Sequence record: PP456878.1
Reading direction: 5' to 3' (one strand)
Length of the DNA: 64,000 bases
DNA from: Pseudomonas phage vB_PaePAO1-KEN19
A program made the position numbers and the translations under genes. Below the pieces are notes generated by a model. It was not told the origin of the DNA, did not search any database, and saw only the letters and a program-made list of their open reading frames with translations. The first letter of the stretch is position 1. Every line of letters starts with the position of its first letter. Below, piece by piece: positions 59,544-64,000 of the stretch.

Positions 59544-59828
59544 TTATACTGCACGTGGGATCACTGATATCTCAAGAGTCAGATCAGCCGCGTCCAGTAG
59601 GTTTACCAGGGCGTCCAGAGAGAACTTGTCAATCTTGCCTTTGAGAAGATCATTCAATCTCGGTTGCGTAACATGTAGGCGAGCAGCAGCGTCTTTTTGC
59701 GGAAGATCCCAGCCCTTTATAGTACGGGTGAGAGCCCGCATGAGTTGGGAACGGATACGTAGGTTTTCAGTTTCTTTTGTCGAGTCAACTAGTGTATCCC
59801 AGACACCGGGAGTGCATTCGTTTGCCAT
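59544..59828 (-). CDS. XRE-family HTH protein, HigA/antidote-like (aca-like or antitoxin-like)
   Basis: C-terminal HTH 'AAARLHVTQPRLNDLLKGKIDKFSLDALVNLLDAADLTL'. GC about 49% against roughly 36% overall. Codons CTG/GAC/GCC/CGT enriched. Confidence 0.6.
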   Translation of the reverse strand: MANECTPGVWDTLVDSTKETENLRIRSQLMRALTRTIKGWDLPQKDAAARLHVTQPRLNDLLKGKIDKFSLDALVNLLDAADLTLEISVIPRAV

Positions 59829-59835
59829 TTATTTA

Positions 59836-60099
59836 TTACCTCTTGAGGTAAATGCTCGGATAATAAACTACATTATATTTAAAGAAATCACTTACCTTGA
59901 ATTTTATGTTCGGTGCAGTGATTAGATAACAATAATCACCATCAACCATAACGCGTCGATCATGGCTATATACCCTAGGACCATGTAACGGAGAAGTTAC
60001 ATAAATCCCATTGGGAAGATTCCGTAAATCGTCTTTATTCAGAAACTTACCATTAGGATTTATAGTTAATGGATAACAACCAGGATTAAGTTTATGCAT
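59836..60099 (-). CDS. Small protein (87 aa), paralog of 59253..59480, directly upstream of the HTH gene
   Basis: RBS AGAGGTG. Shared motif with the downstream paralog. Confidence 0.55.
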   Translation of the reverse strand: MHKLNPGCYPLTINPNGKFLNKDDLRNLPNGIYVTSPLHGPRVYSHDRRVMVDGDYCYLITAPNIKFKVSDFFKYNVVYYPSIYLKR

Positions 60100-60144
60100 A
60101 TTTCACCTCTTTTATAAACCACCCTTATATAGGGTGGTTTTTTT

Positions 60145-60420
60145 CTATTGACCAATATACGTGCTGGTGTATAATTCAATGGTTGGTTTATGAATGGTCA
60201 GATTATATTTCTTAGCTAAATCATCAATATCCCTGGAACAATCAATGAATTTTCCAGTCTCTCGGTAGCGCATCACCCATGAACCCCGAAATGGTGCATC
60301 ATCTAATGGATTAATACCATATTCACGACATACCACAATTGCTTCATGTCGTGGAGTAGCACCAGTAGTGACAAAGTGATTTTCATAAACTGGGATCATT
60401 GATACATCTTTATTGCTCAT
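60145..60420 (-). CDS. Small protein (91 aa), paralog of 61414..61665
   Basis: Start trimmed to the ATG at 60420 (RBS AGAGAGG). 'REYGINPLDDAPFRGSWVMRYRETGKFIDCSRDIDDLAKK' aligns with 'REYGINPNSGIPLRGNWVLRNMLTGEFIDNDKYLNDIVER'. Confidence 0.55.
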   Translation of the reverse strand: MSNKDVSMIPVYENHFVTTGATPRHEAIVVCREYGINPLDDAPFRGSWVMRYRETGKFIDCSRDIDDLAKKYNLTIHKPTIELYTSTYIGQ

Positions 60421-60461
60421 ACTAACCTCTCTAAAATTACCTGAAGGGATATGCATGATAT

Positions 60462-60959
60462 TTATTTTTGTTTTTGACTGATCATGGAGGCATTGGTGAA
60501 GTAATATAACGCATGTTTCCAATCTTGAGGGTCATATGTGCACTTATGAGCAACCACATAATCACCATCAATTTTTTTGAACAAGTTTACCATGATCACC
60601 TCACCCATATCAGTCCCGTTATGCACAGTTTGATAATTCAGTCTCACCAACATGTCATCTACATTGGTTTTCAACTGGAGACCATCTTTGAAGAAATCAC
60701 GAACACCATCCATGATTTGTTCATTGCGAGACAGGATGTTTTCAGAGATCTGTTCGAACATACCCCTTGCACCGATCAAACGTAATTGATCGTAATTGGG
60801 TTCACCCATGCAGATGGCCTCATCATCACGATTACACATCTTCTCCAGCAGAACGATAGGGTTATAATCCCAAGCAACCCCACCAGTTACAACAGAGGTC
60901 AAATAGCCATAGAGACTGAGTTCACTGTCACGCTCATTTGCAGGAATCATGCGGTTCAT
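60462..60959 (-). CDS. Hypothetical protein (165 aa)
   Basis: Start trimmed to 'MNRMIPANE' (RBS GAGGA). Confidence 0.5.
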   Translation of the reverse strand: MNRMIPANERDSELSLYGYLTSVVTGGVAWDYNPIVLLEKMCNRDDEAICMGEPNYDQLRLIGARGMFEQISENILSRNEQIMDGVRDFFKDGLQLKTNVDDMLVRLNYQTVHNGTDMGEVIMVNLFKKIDGDYVVAHKCTYDPQDWKHALYYFTNASMISQKQK

Positions 60960-60994
60960 AATTAACGATCCTCGTATTGGTGTTGCAGCATAGC

Positions 60995-61378
60995 TCAGCA
61001 AGTCTCTTGAGCTTTCTCAAAACTAGCCATCGAGCGGGTGCGCGCACGCTGTAGAATAGACAAGCCGTATTTTTTGAACTTCTTCTTGTGGATGAAACCA
61101 AGGCGTTCGTAGATGAAGTCTTTACGGTCGGCGCGAGGTTTACCATCAGCTACGATACCACGGTCGAAAAGAGCCCAGAACAGAGCGCTTTCATCATGCA
61201 GGTAGTTGGCCATTTCCTGAGGCCACTGAACTGCGCATAGAGCAACGATTTGTTCAAGTAAACCACTATCTGAGATAGCATAGTACTCACGACCCTGAAC
61301 ATAGTTCATTTTGTCGAAGTTGCACATAGCCAGTCTGCCAGTACCCTGGTTGATTTTCTTTTGAATGTGTTCGTTCAT
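60995..61378 (-). CDS. Hypothetical protein (127 aa) in a GC-rich (about 50%) island
   Basis: ORF. Composition differs from the flanks. Confidence 0.5.
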   Translation of the reverse strand: MNEHIQKKINQGTGRLAMCNFDKMNYVQGREYYAISDSGLLEQIVALCAVQWPQEMANYLHDESALFWALFDRGIVADGKPRADRKDFIYERLGFIHKKKFKKYGLSILQRARTRSMASFEKAQETC

Positions 61379-61413
61379 GGTTTGACCTATTTTCAGATTT
61401 GGATTAATTATAG

Positions 61414-61665
61414 CTAGACGAAGGTATTGCGTTCGAATTGGATGGAATTACGTTCAACAATATCGTTGAGGTATTTATCATTGTCGATAAATTCCCCAGT
61501 GAGCATGTTACGCAGAACCCAGTTCCCCCGAAGTGGTATACCGCTGTTAGGGTTGATCCCGTATTCACGCATCAAAATCCGACGATTGTGGTCAACACCT
61601 GGCTCCATGTAAGATTCACTGATAAAACATTCCACCATGTTGATAACTTCTTTAGATTCGCTCAT
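61414..61665 (-). CDS. Small protein (83 aa), paralog of 60145..60420
   Basis: Shared 40-aa conserved core. Confidence 0.55.
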   Translation of the reverse strand: MSESKEVINMVECFISESYMEPGVDHNRRILMREYGINPNSGIPLRGNWVLRNMLTGEFIDNDKYLNDIVERNSIQFERNTFV

Positions 61666-61736
61666 TGACTTATTCCTTCTTTTGCAGGTATTATGTAATA
61701 CGATAATGGATTATGGCTTTAACCATCAGATCCTTT

Positions 61737-62159
61737 TCACGCAGTTGGTTTGAATGGATTTGCACTACGACTACGTTTTTGATATGAAATTAGTGCACCC
61801 CATACATTATCGGCTGATACATATTCAGGCATAGCTTTTTCATCATTGTAACTGACACGGTATGCCTTAGCCACACCTGTGCTATCTACAATGTGAACTT
61901 TTTCAATGACAAATGCTTTTCCAGAAGGCCCAGGGATATGTAATCCTCTTTTAAAAAGTTCTTCAAGAATGCGTTCTAATGCAATTTTAGCATTAGGGTA
62001 ATCATTATCAAGTGACTTAATACCACCTTTAATTTTATTATCTAGGTCACTGAGTGCCTTTTTAAAAACACTAACATCATGATCAAAACATTCGAGAGTG
62101 TGATCGAAGTTTTGCATGAGCGCTATTAGTAGACCATTAGGAAATACTACTTTTGACAT
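61737..62159 (-). CDS. Hypothetical protein (140 aa)
   Basis: ORF. Confidence 0.5.
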   Translation of the reverse strand: MSKVVFPNGLLIALMQNFDHTLECFDHDVSVFKKALSDLDNKIKGGIKSLDNDYPNAKIALERILEELFKRGLHIPGPSGKAFVIEKVHIVDSTGVAKAYRVSYNDEKAMPEYVSADNVWGALISYQKRSRSANPFKPTA

Positions 62160-62169
62160 ATATCACCTA

Positions 62170-62526
62170 TTAGTAAACAGTTGGGAACGTTTGTAGGAAC
62201 CAATCATTAATACGTGTATTAACACTAGCCCCGTGTTCAGGCGCTACTTTAAAACCAGCGACGATGTCCTGTAACTCTTCAGTGAGTTTGTTGTGTACTT
62301 TACCTTCACAATCGATAAAGTCTTCTGCGGTTGGCATAACCTCAGCGCGAATAACAGAGGCACGCTTAGAAAGCATTGTAAGAATTTCATTAGACACTGA
62401 AGCAGCATTACGCAACTTATTGATTTTTACATCAATAACAGTTTTATGATAGATTTTACCAACTGCACACATTGTAACTGAACCAACAAAAATACCAAGA
62501 CAGAGTGATGCTTTATCAATATTCAT
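62170..62526 (-). CDS. Small membrane protein (N-terminal TM)
   Basis: 'LCLGIFVGSVTMCAVGKIY'. Confidence 0.5.
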   Translation of the reverse strand: MNIDKASLCLGIFVGSVTMCAVGKIYHKTVIDVKINKLRNAASVSNEILTMLSKRASVIRAEVMPTAEDFIDCEGKVHNKLTEELQDIVAGFKVAPEHGASVNTRINDWFLQTFPTVY

Positions 62527-62574
62527 TTTGTATACCTATTTACGTTTATTGAAGTGATTAAAAAATAATACGAT

Positions 62575-62612
62575 GTAGAAAATAAAAGGGAGTCCGAAGA
62601 CTCCCATTATCA
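62575..62612 (-). terminator. Minus-strand terminator (GGGAGTC-TTCG-GACTCCC, then TTTTATTTTCT)
   Basis: Hairpin plus a clear U-tract. Confidence 0.7.
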
Positions 62613-62613
62613 G

Positions 62614-63054
62614 TTACACATCTGACACATCATCGAACAGATCAAGTTGTTTCCGATTACGTCGTTCTTCTTCTTCGATACGACGATTCTCTTCTTCAAT
62701 CTCTTTCTGCCGTTTGACAAGCCTCCTGTGCAGACTCATTTGCCATGCAGTATCATAACGGCATCGCACTGATTCAATATATTTAAGCCCTACTTCATTA
62801 ATGCTCTCAAGAAGATCCAGTGACACAAGTGTCTCCTTGGATGCATTAATGCTAGCCTTAAGATAATGGGCCATTGCTGTTGCTGGATGGAACGGTAGTT
62901 TATCGACATCCATGGTCTTTTGATAAGCTTTCAGTTTATGGATAATAATTCGTCCATAATAGAATTCATAAAGTTTTTCTCTAGAATCCCAAGCAAGCTT
63001 ACCGAGCACGGCTCCACTTACCATCCCTAATGTAAGAGATAGCTTAGAGTTCAT
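62614..63054 (-). CDS. Hypothetical protein with an N-terminal hydrophobic segment. Start trimmed to 'MNSKLSL' (RBS AAGGA)
   Basis: A Rho-independent terminator (hairpin plus TTTTATTTTCT) follows the stop on the minus strand at 62588..62605. Confidence 0.5.
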   Translation of the reverse strand: MNSKLSLTLGMVSGAVLGKLAWDSREKLYEFYYGRIIIHKLKAYQKTMDVDKLPFHPATAMAHYLKASINASKETLVSLDLLESINEVGLKYIESVRCRYDTAWQMSLHRRLVKRQKEIEEENRRIEEEERRNRKQLDLFDDVSDV

Positions 63055-63361
63055 TGTTAATTGCATCCTTAATCCAGTTACGGATTTTTGATTTAATTCG
63101 ATGTTTATCACTGATGGTGTTAAACATATTCAATCCATCATTAATGACATCCATAAGCTCTGCTTCAATTAAGTCCGCCATTACTTCCACGGTGCAATTA
63201 TCTGAATTAGTTTTGATATGCTCAGAATAGCCCTTTACTTTTTCACGGATATTCTTTTCTAATTTAATTTCATTATAAACAGTCACACCGACTTCGAACA
63301 CGTAGATGGTGCCGGCCAGCATGAGACCAGTTTTTACAACATTGCCGATAATGGAAAGCAT
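63044..63361 (-). CDS. Small membrane protein (105 aa)
   Basis: 'VKTGLMLAGTIYVFEVGVTVY' TM. Confidence 0.5.
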   Translation of the reverse strand: MLSIIGNVVKTGLMLAGTIYVFEVGVTVYNEIKLEKNIREKVKGYSEHIKTNSDNCTVEVMADLIEAELMDVINDGLNMFNTISDKHRIKSKIRNWIKDAINNEL

Positions 63362-63407
63362 GATAATATCCTATTAGTTAATGAATGTAGATTTATTTCG
63401 ATTATAT

Positions 63408-63578
63408 TAAAACTTGATATTTAGAACACGTTTAGCTATTACAATACCAACATATACTCCTAATGCTATCTCCGCATATTTGGTGATGACATTTACGATC
63501 TTCTTAGGTTTAGGTGCCTCAGGTACATCTGCGATAAGTTTTTGAAGTTTAACTTTATCAATATTCATTTGTATTTTC
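63408..63578 (-). CDS. Small membrane protein (56 aa). Not in the ORF track
   Basis: RBS AAAGGAAAATACAAATG. C-terminal TM IALGVYVGIVIAKRVL. Confidence 0.4.
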
Positions 63579-63611
63579 CTTTTTACATTAATTTAAGATT
63601 TAACAAACTCA

Positions 63612-63647
63612 TTCAAATATAATTTTATTATTGTAATTATATTTGAA
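63612..63647. repeat. Perfect 13-bp AT-rich inverted repeat TTCAAATATAATT-N10-AATTATATTTGAA
   Basis: Read directly from the sequence. Confidence 0.6.
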
Positions 63648-63675
63648 TGGGGCCTCAATGAGGCCCTATCCATTT

Positions 63676-64000
63676 TCACATCTTACGAACTGTATCGAAT
63701 ACTTGATTCGTATAATCATCACCATAAATGGTCGACAGCTTATCACGAATTACATCCAGTCGATGTTTTTCAATATTGCTCTCAGCAACAGCACTATCCA
63801 TTGTCTCAGTCATTGCAGCATTGACGAACATCATGAACTCATCTGATTCACCATACTCTTTTGAAATACTTTTAAACTGATCCCTGAAACCCATGAGTTT
63901 GTCAAAGTTGGCTTTAGTCTCTTTAGCCTTCTTGTAGATAACATACCCAGTTCCAGCCAGTGATGCAGTGGCCAGAAGAAAAGATACACCTTTTGCAATC
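63676..64000 (-). CDS. Partial CDS. The frame stays open upstream of the Met listed in the ORF track and continues past the window edge. Membrane protein (GVSFLLATASLAGTGYVIY)
   Basis: In-frame continuation to position 64000 without a stop. Confidence 0.45.
   Translation of the reverse strand, partial: IAKGVSFLLATASLAGTGYVIYKKAKETKANFDKLMGFRDQFKSISKEYGESDEFMMFVNAAMTETMDSAVAESNIEKHRLDVIRDKLSTIYGDDYTNQVFDTVRKM

Overview
The window is AT-rich (about 35-37% GC), densely coding, and mostly transcribed on the minus strand. It reads as part of a phiKZ-like jumbo myovirus of Pseudomonas. The main anchor is the 260-aa ORF 25554..26336, which matches what I remember of the phiKZ endolysin KZ144/gp144 (N-terminal PG_binding_1 domain plus lytic transglycosylase, catalytic E115 in 'FASIE'). 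A 747-aa ORF about 27 kb and 24 genes away (52114..54357) has the remembered size and spacing of the major capsid protein gp120. An 896-aa acidic-tailed ORF (39570..42260) sits where portal gp129 would be, and a 771-aa ORF (35827..38142) where the baseplate/fiber protein gp131 would be. All family assignments come from motif reading and memory; no database search was possible.

Content, left to right:
- An SbcC/Rad50-like ATPase.
- A gp5/VgrG-like central spike followed by a PAAR tip protein.
- Two paralogous virion (inner-body/head?) proteins.
- Several unknown structural ORFs.
- A 2-TM membrane protein followed by a lipoprotein.
- An RNase H1 domain fused to a 300-aa unknown C-terminal domain.
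- A UvsX-like recombinase.
- Two long tail fibers, one with eight collagen-like G-X-Y tracts.
- A lysis cassette: endolysin, an overlapped i-spanin/o-spanin pair, and a single-TM membrane protein.
- A RuvC-like resolvase.
- A P4H-like 2OG-Fe(II) oxygenase candidate.
- A tandem array of four paralogous tail-fiber/baseplate genes plus a fragment, with NPH repeats.
- Portal and major capsid protein (GC-elevated, with an in-frame post-stop extension).
- A DnaB-like helicase with a non-canonical P-loop.
- A 6-kb cluster of small minus-strand genes at the right end.

That right-end cluster includes a GC-rich XRE/HigA-like HTH gene flanked by two paralogous small genes (TA-like or acr-aca-like), and a second GC-rich gene island. 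Non-coding structure includes:
- a family of about 20 near-identical GC-rich palindromic terminators (GCCCTCCC-N4-GGGAGGGC, often extended to AACAGCATAAG...CTTATGCTGTT);
- a 35-bp promoter-like element present three times upstream of minus-strand genes;
- a 580-bp hairpin-dense non-coding region.

No tRNA, rRNA, CRISPR array or transposase was detected.
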